Assembly (NCBI GenBank): GCA_031263105.1
Contig: JAISGJ010000144.1
Location: 1 to 37,614 of the forward strand
From: Coriobacteriales bacterium
GTDB lineage: Bacteria > Actinomycetota > Coriobacteriia > Coriobacteriales > UBA8131
Direction of reading: 5' to 3'
DNA: 37,614 nt
Of this stretch, positions 1 to 8,735 are shown piece by piece; the stretch's first letter is position 1; the number at the start of each line of letters is the position of its first letter. The notes under the pieces were generated by a model that searched no databases, was not told where the DNA came from, and was given only the letters and a program-made list of their open reading frames with translations. A program made the position numbers and the translations under genes.

Positions 1-71
1 AGCCAGGGGGCAGGCGATGCTTGCGTTACGGCTGTCGGCTGGCCCCTGGAGGCGAGGGCGCGTAAAATACG

Positions 72-935
72 TCAGACCAGCTCGCGCAGTTCCCGCAGAA
101 ACGGTTGTGAGTTGCCCAGTACCAGGTTGCGCTCATCGGTTTTCAGCAGGGTCTTCTGGTTCTTGATGTACTCACCGAACAGCTCCCTGAAACCCGTTGC
201 GATGCCCTTCCCCTCTTCGGTGACATTGATCTCCCGCATCCGGCGGTCGATTCCGACCGTCAGCCTTACCAGGCCCTTCTTCTCCAACGGAGCGATAATC
301 TGGACGACCTTGTTCGGGGGCAGCAGGATCATGCGCGACAGCGTCTTTACGGTGAGCTGGCTGGGCTTATAGTCGCAATACGCCAAGGCCACGAGGGACC
401 AGGCCGAGAGGCCGTACCTGGCGGCAGCGTTCTTGATGACCTTGGAAGAGACGGAGATGCAGCGGATGTAGGAGTCCTCGAACGATATCCTGTTGTATTT
501 GGTCGAGAGGTTCTGACTCGTCTTAAAGAAGCTCATCGTCTCTCGCAGCGTCAGATTGAAGATGGTGTAGTCGATGTTCTTGTGACGCAGACGTATGTGC
601 TCGCGCATGGCTGCGTTGACCCGGGAGTAACAGTAGCGCCCCGCTGTGGCGAGCAGGTATTCCACAGAGCGGCCGTCGATGCCGGAAGGCTGGCGCTCGA
701 TGTAGCCCCGAGAAGTCAGGCTTGCGGCCATCTGCGAGATGGCGCCATCGGTAAGGTTGAGCTCCTTGGCGATCCGGCGAGAGGAGACAGGCACATTGTT
801 GATGGCCAAGGTCTGCAAAAAGGAATACTGGCTTAAAGAGATCTCCCCCGTGCCCTTGATCACGTCCGAAAGGCGATCCTTCGCCAACAACGTGAGAACC
901 AGCGTGTCCATGACCGTTGAGTCTTCGATATGCAT
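72..935 (-). CDS. Transcriptional regulator with two tandem MarR-type winged-helix domains
   Basis: Two MarR-like repeats (SLSQYSFL...IAKELNLTDGAISQMAASLTSRGYIER...DGRSVEYLLATAG and LSAWSLVAL...LEKKGLV...DRRMREINVTEEG). Start reassigned to ATG 935. Divergent from Mo operon 1. Confidence 0.85.
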   Translation of the reverse strand: MHIEDSTVMDTLVLTLLAKDRLSDVIKGTGEISLSQYSFLQTLAINNVPVSSRRIAKELNLTDGAISQMAASLTSRGYIERQPSGIDGRSVEYLLATAGRYCYSRVNAAMREHIRLRHKNIDYTIFNLTLRETMSFFKTSQNLSTKYNRISFEDSYIRCISVSSKVIKNAAARYGLSAWSLVALAYCDYKPSQLTVKTLSRMILLPPNKVVQIIAPLEKKGLVRLTVGIDRRMREINVTEEGKGIATGFRELFGEYIKNQKTLLKTDERNLVLGNSQPFLRELRELV

Positions 936-941
936 ACGCGG

Positions 942-950
942 ATTATACCA
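942..950 (-). promoter_or_regulatory. Extended -10 promoter (TGGTATAAT), probable leaderless transcript of the MarR gene
   Basis: Minus strand reads TGGTATAAT-CCGCGT-ATG; no Shine-Dalgarno sequence. Confidence 0.65.
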
Positions 951-995
951 GAAGCAGGTGCCTGCGGACGGCACTATGGAATTCAACCTACCTCA

Positions 996-1169
996 GTTAC
1001 TGTTCACACCCTCCACGGACCCCCACTGTCATTCCGAGCCTGTCGAGGAATCTTCGACCGCGCCAGCGGTCGAACGCAGGTCGAAGGGCCCCCTGACCTG
1101 CCGTTGGACACTGCGTGTCCAAAGATTCCTCGGCGGAGCTCGGAATGACAGTGGAGCGTGAACTGTAAT
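996..1169. repeat. Palindromic MITE/REPIN-like element, copy 1
   Basis: GTTACTGTTCAC...CCACTGTCATTCCGAGC...GAGGAATCT-[three hairpins]-AGATTCCTC...GCTCGGAATGACAGTGG...GTGAACTGTAAT. Confidence 0.9.
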
Positions 1170-1374
1170 GGTCGTCATAGAATAACTTTAGAAATACATA
1201 TATTACTAAAATTACTGTCTCCTTTATCGCATGCCAACTGCCTATCTCCAACAATTAAGTTTATTATCACATCTATTCATGATAAGAGGTATTCAATGTC
1301 GAAAGCGCGACCAGCATAATGACAGCCATCGGGAAACACCACCAAAGAAGAACCAAGAAGAGAGGATGTGGCGT

Positions 1375-3960
1375 ATGGCTGAAGCGCTGAGTCGGCGCAG
1401 GTTCACAGCTTTGGGGCTGGGGGCTGCCGCAGCACTGGCAACCGGCACGTGGGCCGGTGCGAATCTCGGGGTGTTCGACCGCAAGGCCTTTGCCGAAGGC
1501 GACGCGGCAGCGGAAGGCGAGGCCCTGGAGCAGACCTACCATTCGGGCTGTCGCGGCAACTGCGGCTCACGGTGTCCGATGAAGGTCCATGTTCGAGAAG
1601 GGCACGTGGTAAAAGTCGAGCCGGCCACACTGCCTGAGGGCGACACGATCTATGAGCGCTTCTGCGTCAAGGGCTTCACGCAGCCCTTGCGGCTCTACGA
1701 CCCGGATCGTGTCAAGTATCCGATGCTCCAGGTAGGCGGCAAAGGCTCTGGCGAGTGGGAGCGGATCTCCTGGGAGGAGGCCTTCGATCTCATCGCCGAG
1801 AAGATCAATGCCGCCCAGGCATCGGAGTACGGGCCGGCGTCGATCGGGTTTTACAGCTCCTACGGCTCGTATGGCGTCCTCAATGGCGCGATGGCCGGGT
1901 ACCTGTCCTTCGCCTACGGGCGCTTTATGTCGGCCATGGGCAACACCGTCCTAGGGGCTGCGGCCGATCAGGCCCAGATACAGGAGCAGATGCTCAACTT
2001 GGGAATCTATGGATCCCAGCCGCAGGACATCGTCAATTCCAAGACCATCCTGTGCTGGGGCGGAAACCCGGCCGAGGCCTACGTGCACGACTGGAAGTTC
2101 GTGATGATGGCGCGTGACAAGGGCGCCAGGATAATCACGATCGACCCGCAGTACACCGCATCGGCAATTCACTCGGACCTGTATCTGCCTATCCGGCCGG
2201 GCACCGACGGCGCCCTGATGCTGGCAATGGCCAACTACTACATCGACAACGATCTGATCAACCGCTCCTTCATGGCAACGACCACCGTCTCCCCCTTCCT
2301 GGTCAAGCCCGATGGCAGCTATTTTCGGGCTTCGGACACCGGAGTGGCGCCCACCGAAGGCCCGATCTCGGCAACAACAGGCCAGCCTACGGTGATTGAC
2401 CCCATCATGGTCTTTGACAACGCCGCATCAGGATTCGTCGCTCAGGAGGTGGCGCAGGATCCGGCCGTCGAGGGAAGCTTCGACCACACTGCGGAAGACG
2501 GCGCGACCGTCAGGGTCCAGACCTGCTTCGAGAAGGTCAAGGGCGAGATCAAAGAGTGGACAGTCGCCAGGGCGGCCGCTGAATGCGACCTGAGCGAAGA
2601 GCAGATCGTGGAGCTGGCTGAGATCTACGCGGATCAGAGCGCCCCTGCTGCGGTGCTTACCTTTCAGGGCTTCGGCCATCACGTGAACTCGCATCACAAC
2701 TACAAGAACCTGGCCCTGATCGCCGCCCTTGTGGGCCAGGCCGCCAAACCGGGAGCCATGCTCACCCGAGGCAGCGCCGGCTCCTACTCCCTGGACCGAG
2801 CCGCCTACTTTATGGGCTATCCTCCTCAGACCATAACCGGCATGTACCTGCCCAAGGTGATGAAAGAAGGCAAATGGGGCGACAAGCCCCTGAAGTTCGA
2901 GGTCGTGTGGTTCACCAACGGCAACCCCTTGTCCTGCGACAGCGGCCGCCAGGAGCTCATCGAGGCCGTCAGGCAGGTCGACTTCGTCATCTGTTCGGAC
3001 GTCAGCTTCACCGACAGCGCCGCCTACTCCGATCTGGTGCTGCCCGTGCCGCACGCCTTTGAGACCGAGGACTTCGACTCCAACTGTCCCACGGCCTATC
3101 CCACGTATTACCACAAGGTCATAGACCCGCTCTATGAGTGCAAGGCAGACATCGACATCATGCGCGAGGTCGCCAACCGCTGCGGCATCGAGTTCGCGTT
3201 CGCCGAGAGCAACGAGGAGATGATGCGCAAGACCATGGACACGGAGGCCAACGTTGCCGCTGGCGCCGGATACGACGCCTTCCAAAAAGGCGAGCTGGTC
3301 AAAACCCCCATGGCCTTTCCGCAGATGGCCACCGACACCTTCCTGGCATCGAGCATCCCCGGCAAGCTCCAGTTCTATCTGGAGAAGCCGGTCCCACGCA
3401 ACAATTTTGGCCAGTCGGTCGCCGAATACGAGAAATGGCCCTACTACGAACATGCATACGAAGCCTACAAGGAGAATCCGGATATGTCCACGTATCCGCT
3501 GATGGGCTGCTCGCAGCACGATAAGTACCACGTCCACAGCCAGCTTTCCTACACCGCCTGGATCCGCGAGATCGACCCCTACCCGATGCTCAAGATAAAC
3601 GCATCGGATGCCGCCGCGCGCGGCATCGGTCAGAACGACGTCGTCCGGGTCTACAACAGTCGCGGGGAAGCGGTTTTACATGCAAAGGTCACAGAGGGCA
3701 TCAAGCCCGGCGTGGTCTCCATTCCTCACGGCTGGCAGGCCGACCAGTTCATCAAGGGCCATACGCAGGATCTGACCTCGATCGTCATGAACGACTTCGT
3801 CTCCAACTCGGCGTTCTATGACTTTATCTGCGAGGTCGAGCGTTACAACGAGGGGCTGGCGGACGAGCAGAGCGATCAGTACAGCGCCCTCAACGGTGTG
3901 GCCGGGGCATTAGGCAGCCCTTATCGCACGCAGGTCGCCGTCGCAGGGGAAGGAGCGTGA
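1375..3960 (+). CDS. Molybdopterin-dependent oxidoreductase catalytic subunit (DMSO reductase family), Tat-exported; operon 1
   Basis: GAGAGGA RBS then MAEALSRRRF (Tat motif); FS0 motif CRGNCGSRC...FCVKG; RVKYPM, WERISWEEA, WGGNPAE, IRPGTDGAL, DLVLP; C-terminal MGD-binding domain (HSQ, INASDA, IPHGW). Confidence 0.95.
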   Translation: MAEALSRRRFTALGLGAAAALATGTWAGANLGVFDRKAFAEGDAAAEGEALEQTYHSGCRGNCGSRCPMKVHVREGHVVKVEPATLPEGDTIYERFCVKGFTQPLRLYDPDRVKYPMLQVGGKGSGEWERISWEEAFDLIAEKINAAQASEYGPASIGFYSSYGSYGVLNGAMAGYLSFAYGRFMSAMGNTVLGAAADQAQIQEQMLNLGIYGSQPQDIVNSKTILCWGGNPAEAYVHDWKFVMMARDKGARIITIDPQYTASAIHSDLYLPIRPGTDGALMLAMANYYIDNDLINRSFMATTTVSPFLVKPDGSYFRASDTGVAPTEGPISATTGQPTVIDPIMVFDNAASGFVAQEVAQDPAVEGSFDHTAEDGATVRVQTCFEKVKGEIKEWTVARAAAECDLSEEQIVELAEIYADQSAPAAVLTFQGFGHHVNSHHNYKNLALIAALVGQAAKPGAMLTRGSAGSYSLDRAAYFMGYPPQTITGMYLPKVMKEGKWGDKPLKFEVVWFTNGNPLSCDSGRQELIEAVRQVDFVICSDVSFTDSAAYSDLVLPVPHAFETEDFDSNCPTAYPTYYHKVIDPLYECKADIDIMREVANRCGIEFAFAESNEEMMRKTMDTEANVAAGAGYDAFQKGELVKTPMAFPQMATDTFLASSIPGKLQFYLEKPVPRNNFGQSVAEYEKWPYYEHAYEAYKENPDMSTYPLMGCSQHDKYHVHSQLSYTAWIREIDPYPMLKINASDAAARGIGQNDVVRVYNSRGEAVLHAKVTEGIKPGVVSIPHGWQADQFIKGHTQDLTSIVMNDFVSNSAFYDFICEVERYNEGLADEQSDQYSALNGVAGALGSPYRTQVAVAGEGA

Positions 3961-4586
3961 CTGTCATGAGGATGGGATTCGTGTTCGACACAACCCGCTG
4001 CGTGGGCTGCAACGCCTGCTCGGTGGCCTGCAAGCAGGCCAACAACCTGCCGGCGACGGTCTGGTACAGCCGTGTTCTCACCGATGGCGGCGATGTGGCC
4101 GACACTCCGGCGGGGACCTTCCCCCACTTGAGCCAGCGATACTTCACCTTGGCCTGTCAGCATTGCGCCAACCCTGCCTGCACCCGTGTCTGCCCGGTCG
4201 GGGCAACGGCCAAAGACGCTGAGACCGGCATCGTGCATCAGGACACCGAACGCTGCATCGGCTGCAGGATGTGCGTGGCGGCCTGCCCCTATACGGGCGT
4301 GCGCAGCTTCAACTGGCAGGAGCCCGCCTTCGAGCTCGGCTTTGCCCTGGGCGAGGCGGACGCGCCGACGCATTACAAGCAGACCGTGGAGAAGTGCACC
4401 TTCTGCTCGGGCCGTCTCGGGCGTGGCGAGCAGCCGGCCTGCACCGTGCTCTGCCCGGCCCGGGCACGGCACTATGGCGACCTGGACGACCCCGAAAGCG
4501 AGGTCAGTCACCTGATCCGCACCAAGAGCACCACACGCCTGCTGGAGGAAATGGGCACCGACCCTTCAGTCTACTTCATCATATAG
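3957..4586 (+). CDS. 4x[4Fe-4S] electron-transfer subunit (DmsB/PsrB-like); operon 1
   Basis: CVGCNACSVAC, CQHCANPACTRVCP, CIGCRMCVAACP, KCTFC...PACTVLCP; GTGA overlap with the upstream stop. Confidence 0.95.
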   Translation: MTVMRMGFVFDTTRCVGCNACSVACKQANNLPATVWYSRVLTDGGDVADTPAGTFPHLSQRYFTLACQHCANPACTRVCPVGATAKDAETGIVHQDTERCIGCRMCVAACPYTGVRSFNWQEPAFELGFALGEADAPTHYKQTVEKCTFCSGRLGRGEQPACTVLCPARARHYGDLDDPESEVSHLIRTKSTTRLLEEMGTDPSVYFII

Positions 4587-4600
4587 GAAGGGCAGCTATC

Positions 4601-5821
4601 ATGACAAAACAGGAAGCCGTCACAGAGTCTGGGAAGGGCACTGCGCCCACGCCGAAATCGCGGGTCCAGTTGGCAGCGATTGTTGTTCTGGCGGTCATCG
4701 TCCTTGCCGGTATCGCACTCTGGGTGTATCAGGTGAGCGGCAATTACTGGCAGACCAACATGCGCGACCTTGACTCCTGGGGCCTGTACCTCATCAATTT
4801 CATGTGGTTCGTCGGCCTTTCGGCCGGTGGCCTGATCATCTCCTCGATGCCACGGGCGTTTGGGCTCAAGGGCTACGGAGACATCTCCAAGGTCGCAGTC
4901 TGGGTTTCCCTCGCGGCAATAATCGCCGCTGCCGCATTCGTCGTCGTGGACTTGGGGAGTCCCTGGCGCATATGGGAGCTCATCGTCTATGCCAACTTCA
5001 CGTCGCCTTTGTTCTGGGATGTGCTGGCCATCTCTGGCTATGCCATCGTTTCGATTGTCTATCTGGTGCTCTATCTTCGGGCCGACAAGGGAAAGGTCAA
5101 CGAGAAGGCCATGCGCGTGATAGCTGTCGTCGCTCTGGCGGTGGCGATACTCGTGCATTCCGTGACAGCCTGGATCTTCGGTCTGCTGCAGGGCCATGAG
5201 TTCTGGTACACGGCGCTTCTGGCCCCTTGGTTCGTCTCAAGCGCCCTGGTCTCAGGTCTGGCTCTGGTGCTTATCGTCGTTGCCGTGCTGAATAAGACAA
5301 GCTATCTTACGGTGACGCACGACAACTTCGTCAGACTGGTCAGGCTGTTGGGCGTCTTTACCGTCGTCGATCTCTACTTCTATGCCTGCGACATGCTTAC
5401 GGCGGGTTTTCCGGGGGCGCATAACCTCGGCCTGGCGGTCGTGCAGATGCTCACGACAGGGACATTGGCGCCGTTCTTCTGGCTGGAGATCGTCCTCTCG
5501 GCGCTCGTGATCGGCATTGCCTTTGTGCCGGCGCTGCGTCGTATGGGGGCCATCGTTTTCGCCTCATCCTGCGCGGTTCTGGCGATATTCTTCAAGCGTG
5601 TGCAATTGCTGATAGGGGGCTTTCAGCAGCCTAACATCGATCTGCCCACATCGGTCACCTCTCTGCCGTTAAGTGAGGGCGGAGAGCTTACGCAGGGCAT
5701 GAACTGGGGGCTGGTCTACTTTCCCAGCCCTCTGGAGCTCGGTGTCGTTGTCGGCGTCCTGGCCCTTTTCGGCCTGATCCTGCTGGTGGGCCTCAGGGTC
5801 ATGAAGTTGGGCGACCGCTGA
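4601..5821 (+). CDS. NrfD/PsrC family membrane anchor; operon 1
   Basis: TNMRDLDSWGLYLINFMWFVGLSAGG, DLGSPWR, SPLFWD, HSVTAW; about 10 TM helices; start ATG 4601 after GGAAGGG. Confidence 0.93.
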   Translation: MTKQEAVTESGKGTAPTPKSRVQLAAIVVLAVIVLAGIALWVYQVSGNYWQTNMRDLDSWGLYLINFMWFVGLSAGGLIISSMPRAFGLKGYGDISKVAVWVSLAAIIAAAAFVVVDLGSPWRIWELIVYANFTSPLFWDVLAISGYAIVSIVYLVLYLRADKGKVNEKAMRVIAVVALAVAILVHSVTAWIFGLLQGHEFWYTALLAPWFVSSALVSGLALVLIVVAVLNKTSYLTVTHDNFVRLVRLLGVFTVVDLYFYACDMLTAGFPGAHNLGLAVVQMLTTGTLAPFFWLEIVLSALVIGIAFVPALRRMGAIVFASSCAVLAIFFKRVQLLIGGFQQPNIDLPTSVTSLPLSEGGELTQGMNWGLVYFPSPLELGVVVGVLALFGLILLVGLRVMKLGDR

Positions 5822-5883
5822 CTTCGCGAGCTCAGGAACCGTAAGGTAACCCGCCTTTCGATGGCCGACGGGCGTGCGCGACG

Positions 5884-6009
5884 CTATGCGCCGCAGGCGT
5901 CGTGCACGATGGCAACGCCGTTGCTCGTGCCGATGCGGGTGGCGCCGGCCTCCACCATGCGGAGGGCGTCCGTGGCCGTCCGGATGCCGCCGGAGGCCTT
6001 GACGCCTGC
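5884..6009 (-). pseudogene. deoC: Duplicated 3' fragment of deoC
   Basis: 5899-6006 matches 14379-14486 with 2 mismatches in 108 nt; encodes [40 protein letters not shown]. Confidence 0.9.
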
Positions 6010-6030
6010 GCTTAGTCTGCCCAACTTGCA

Positions 6031-6255
6031 CTAGCTTTGGCATTGCGCCGACAAGAGGAAGATGAGCACGCCCGTGGCGATCATGCCCACGAAGAGGCCC
6101 ACCTCCATCATAGCGGGAGCGTACACCAGCCCGGAGTAGATGCCCGACATACTGTCTGCGCCGCTGGCTCCTAGGGCGGTGTACTTCTGGTGCGCAGGGA
6201 CGTCCCTGTCTCCCACAGCGAACTCTACCGAGTACTTCGGCTCTTCCCAGTTCAA
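6031..6255 (-). pseudogene. Relic in-frame fusion of a 4Fe-4S-subunit fragment and an NrfD C-terminal fragment
   Basis: 6184-6255 resembles 10182-10253 (NWEEPKYSVEFAVGDRDVPAHQK); 6052-6184 resembles 8781-8916 (YT..G.SGAD.MS.IYSGLVYAPA.MEVGLF.GMIA.GVLIFLL). Confidence 0.85.
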
Positions 6256-7664
6256 TGCGGTTGGTCGGATGCCCGAACCATCTCATCAAAGCGAATCAGG
6301 CGGACATCGCCCCTTACCTCTGCCTCCCTCACGAGCCTGTCTGTAAAGCCTGTCTTTGCGAACAGCCAGTACCAGGTGTGCTTGAATGTGAAGAGCTCGC
6401 TCTGGGCTTTGAGGTCATCGAGCACTCTGCTGCCCACAAGGGTGTTGGTCCATTTGCACTCGCAGAAAAGAGCGCTGTCTTTGCGAAAGGTCAGGATATC
6501 TATCTCCTCCTGCCTCTTCTCTTTGGGGTTGTTGCCCCACCACCTGCCGAACTTGCCGACAAAGAACGGCAAGCCGTCGCGCTTCGCCTCCTCCAACAGG
6601 TACTGCCTGCATATCTCCTCAAAGACCAGGCCCGTGTAAGCAGACATGGCACCCTTGACATCAAACTCATATACCGCCTTGCCCAACCCTGACGCAATGG
6701 CACTCATATTGGGGAATACGAACCTATACCAGAAACGAAACATCATGTCGTCCAGCAGGTAGATGCTTTTTTTGGAAGAAGACGCATCGGTTACGGGAAA
6801 CTCTTTTCTGACAATGCCCAGAGCCATGAGCGATGTCAGGTATTTGGCGCATTTATTGCTCTCCATGCCGCATTTCGTCGCAATCTCATTGAGACGCGAG
6901 GCGCCTCCCGCAATCGCTTCGATTACTCCGTTATAGGTGGAGGGCTCACGGAGCTCCTGCTTCAGAAGGTTGGACGGTTCTTCGTAGAGATGGCCCGAAG
7001 GAGTGAGGAACAACTCGATGATATTCTCTTGTACGGTCTTGGCCGGGTTGATCTTGTTCAGATATTCAGGGATGCCTCCGGTGCAACCAAACAAAATGGC
7101 CTTATCCTCATTCTCAAAGCCTTCAAAAAACGGCAAAGACTCGAAGAAGCTGAACTGCGTGACCTTGAATTGCGAGGTTCTTCTCCCATAGAGAGGGCTT
7201 TTATAGCCCAGCACTTGTTCCTCCATAAAACTCATGCTTGACCCACAAAGAATCAGAAATAACTTGCTGTCCTTCAAATGAGTATCGATGTGTGCCTGGA
7301 TGACGGATGATATAGGCCGATAGCCGCCGGCCAGATACGGATATTCGTCTATCGCCAAAATCAAGCGGGTATCCTTAGAGATTTGGTAGAGGTACTCGAA
7401 GGCTCTTTCCCAGTCGGAGAAGACAGCCCTCCCTTTTGACACCTTCGCGGTCACAGCGTAGACATCGTTACTGAAGCCCTTAAGATTAATCATGCCGTCT
7501 GCTTCGCGGGCAAGGAAATAGATTGCGTTCTTGTCTTTGATGAATTCCTTGATCAACGTGGTCTTGCCTACACGCCGACGTCCATATATGACTGCGAATT
7601 CAAACCTGTCGCTGGAATACATCTCGTTCAACGTATCGAGCTCAGCCTCTCTGCCGATGAACAT
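6252..7664 (-). CDS. Archaeal-type (ATPase_2) P-loop ATPase with winged helix and C-terminal DUF234/PD-(D/E)xK-like domain
   Basis: MFIGREAEL start after GAAAGGA; Walker A YGRRRVGKT; Walker B LAIDEYPY; LCGSS, PLYGRRT, TGGIPEYL; FRFWYRFV, GRWW, EEIDI, FCECKW. Confidence 0.9.
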   Translation of the reverse strand: MFIGREAELDTLNEMYSSDRFEFAVIYGRRRVGKTTLIKEFIKDKNAIYFLAREADGMINLKGFSNDVYAVTAKVSKGRAVFSDWERAFEYLYQISKDTRLILAIDEYPYLAGGYRPISSVIQAHIDTHLKDSKLFLILCGSSMSFMEEQVLGYKSPLYGRRTSQFKVTQFSFFESLPFFEGFENEDKAILFGCTGGIPEYLNKINPAKTVQENIIELFLTPSGHLYEEPSNLLKQELREPSTYNGVIEAIAGGASRLNEIATKCGMESNKCAKYLTSLMALGIVRKEFPVTDASSSKKSIYLLDDMMFRFWYRFVFPNMSAIASGLGKAVYEFDVKGAMSAYTGLVFEEICRQYLLEEAKRDGLPFFVGKFGRWWGNNPKEKRQEEIDILTFRKDSALFCECKWTNTLVGSRVLDDLKAQSELFTFKHTWYWLFAKTGFTDRLVREAEVRGDVRLIRFDEMVRASDQPH

Positions 7665-7683
7665 ACGCACATCCTTTCAATAC

Positions 7684-7724
7684 TGCAACTCATAAGTATG
7701 CAACTTACGAGTTGCATTATATCA
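7684..7724 (-). promoter_or_regulatory. Extended -10 promoter with adjacent 14-bp inverted-repeat operator for the ATPase gene
   Basis: TGATATAAT (minus strand, 7724-7716) followed by TGCAACTC(A/G)TAAGT-N5-inverted copy (7684-7716, one mismatch). Confidence 0.7.
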
Positions 7725-7774
7725 GGAACGTCTGAGGCTGTCGACTTCGCGCCTGATACCATAATTCTGCTAAA

Positions 7775-7825
7775 GCTGTCGGCTGGCCTCTGAAGGCGAG
7801 AGTGCACGAGGCGCGTCAGACCAGC
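7775..7825. repeat. Degenerate 51-bp direct repeat of positions 31-81
   Basis: Ungapped alignment, 40/51 identical; includes the sequence that forms the MarR gene's last codons and stop. Confidence 0.7.
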
Positions 7826-7864
7826 CCCGCCGCGCGCCGTTTGCGCTTCCGTGCACTGCGCCAG

Positions 7865-8308
7865 TCATACATCCTCCTCCGGCTCTGCGCCAGGCCTTCG
7901 CACCAAGGTTCTAAGCCGAGGCCAATGCAAGACCACGTGTATGATGCCGAGGGCCAGCATGGCCTTGGCGGTAAAGGCGTGAATCGGGTTCCACACCAGA
8001 TAGCCCGGGGCGTAAAGCCCGAGGGTCGCCAACACGCTGCCCGACATCAAAACGCCCGAGACCAGACATGCAGCGAGGTCGATGAAAAGAAGCACGCTCA
8101 CAAGAAAATCCCCGACCACGGTCGGCCTGCGCAAGGCCCAGGCCTGGCGAGCCAAGACGGGCAGGCGCATGGCCACATGAACGGCAAGTACCGCTGCGAA
8201 AGCGAGGCCGAGCCACTCGTGCAACACGAAGCCGGTGAGCGTTGGATTCAGGGCTGCGGCCAGTCCCGCGAAAAGGCATATGTCGAAGACAAGGATGCGC
8301 CTATCCAT
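7865..8308 (-). CDS. Small His-rich membrane protein, DUF4405/cytochrome b-like; operon 2
   Basis: Four TM helices with HEWLG, HVAM, WNPIH, HVVLH; paralog of 15444-15917; start ATG 8308 after GGAGGGAG. Confidence 0.8.
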   Translation of the reverse strand: MDRRILVFDICLFAGLAAALNPTLTGFVLHEWLGLAFAAVLAVHVAMRLPVLARQAWALRRPTVVGDFLVSVLLFIDLAACLVSGVLMSGSVLATLGLYAPGYLVWNPIHAFTAKAMLALGIIHVVLHWPRLRTLVRRPGAEPEEDV

Positions 8309-8672
8309 TTCTCCCTCCTCCCCGGAAAAGTGCGATGGCCCCCGCCGCCGCAACCGCAGGGACAAGGAGCCAGAGGGAAAGGGATGCATCTGAGGCGCTG
8401 CCGTAGTTGTTGCCGCGCAGCGCCTCCCAAGCATGGCATTCGATGCTGGCGCAACCTGCCTCGGGACAAGCCATCTCGTGAACCCCATCGGGTTCAGGGA
8501 CATCATCGAAGCCATGGCACGAGCCCGAGGCACATCCTGCCGCAGGGCACACGGAGCTTTCCACGATAGCTTGGGGCGCACCGACCCGACCCGACGATGC
8601 GGATACCGCACCGAAGACCACAAGCTCGCAAAGAACCAAGGAGACCAAGACCGAGGCCAAGCGCCTGGGCAT
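8301..8672 (-). CDS. Small membrane-anchored Cys-rich protein with two CPxxGCx4CH motifs; operon 2
   Basis: N-terminal hydrophobic segment, CPAAGCASGSCH and CPEAGCASIECH, C-terminal TM helix; paralog of 15922-16293; RBS GAAAGGGGG. Confidence 0.82.
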   Translation of the reverse strand: MPRRLASVLVSLVLCELVVFGAVSASSGRVGAPQAIVESSVCPAAGCASGSCHGFDDVPEPDGVHEMACPEAGCASIECHAWEALRGNNYGSASDASLSLWLLVPAVAAAGAIALFRGGGRNG

Positions 8673-8696
8673 AGCAAGACCCCCCTTTCGGACAAA

Positions 8697-8724
8697 GGCC
8701 CCGCAAGGATGCGGGGCCCCGCAT
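8697..8724 (-). terminator. Intra-operon GC hairpin after the nrfD-2 stop
   Basis: GGCCCCGCA-AGGA-TGCGGGGCC (8697-8718) overlapping the perfect palindrome ATGCGGGGCCCCGCAT (8709-8724); only a short U tract. Confidence 0.45.
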
Positions 8725-8735
8725 GCAACCAAGGC

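Noticed and set aside
930..1254. Short ORFs containing HCHSEPVEES / TVIPS / LSFRACRGIF here and at the other repeat copies
   Set aside because: They are translations of the palindromic element; no RBS or independent coding evidence.
1231..1374. Upstream ORF-track starts (also 13138, 13327, 10775, 4271, 29177, 30979)
   Set aside because: Better starts with an RBS and family-typical N-termini lie downstream.
1375..5821. Gene symbols dmsABC or psrABC for the three operons
   Set aside because: The predicted Mo ligand and anchor type do not support a specific substrate assignment.
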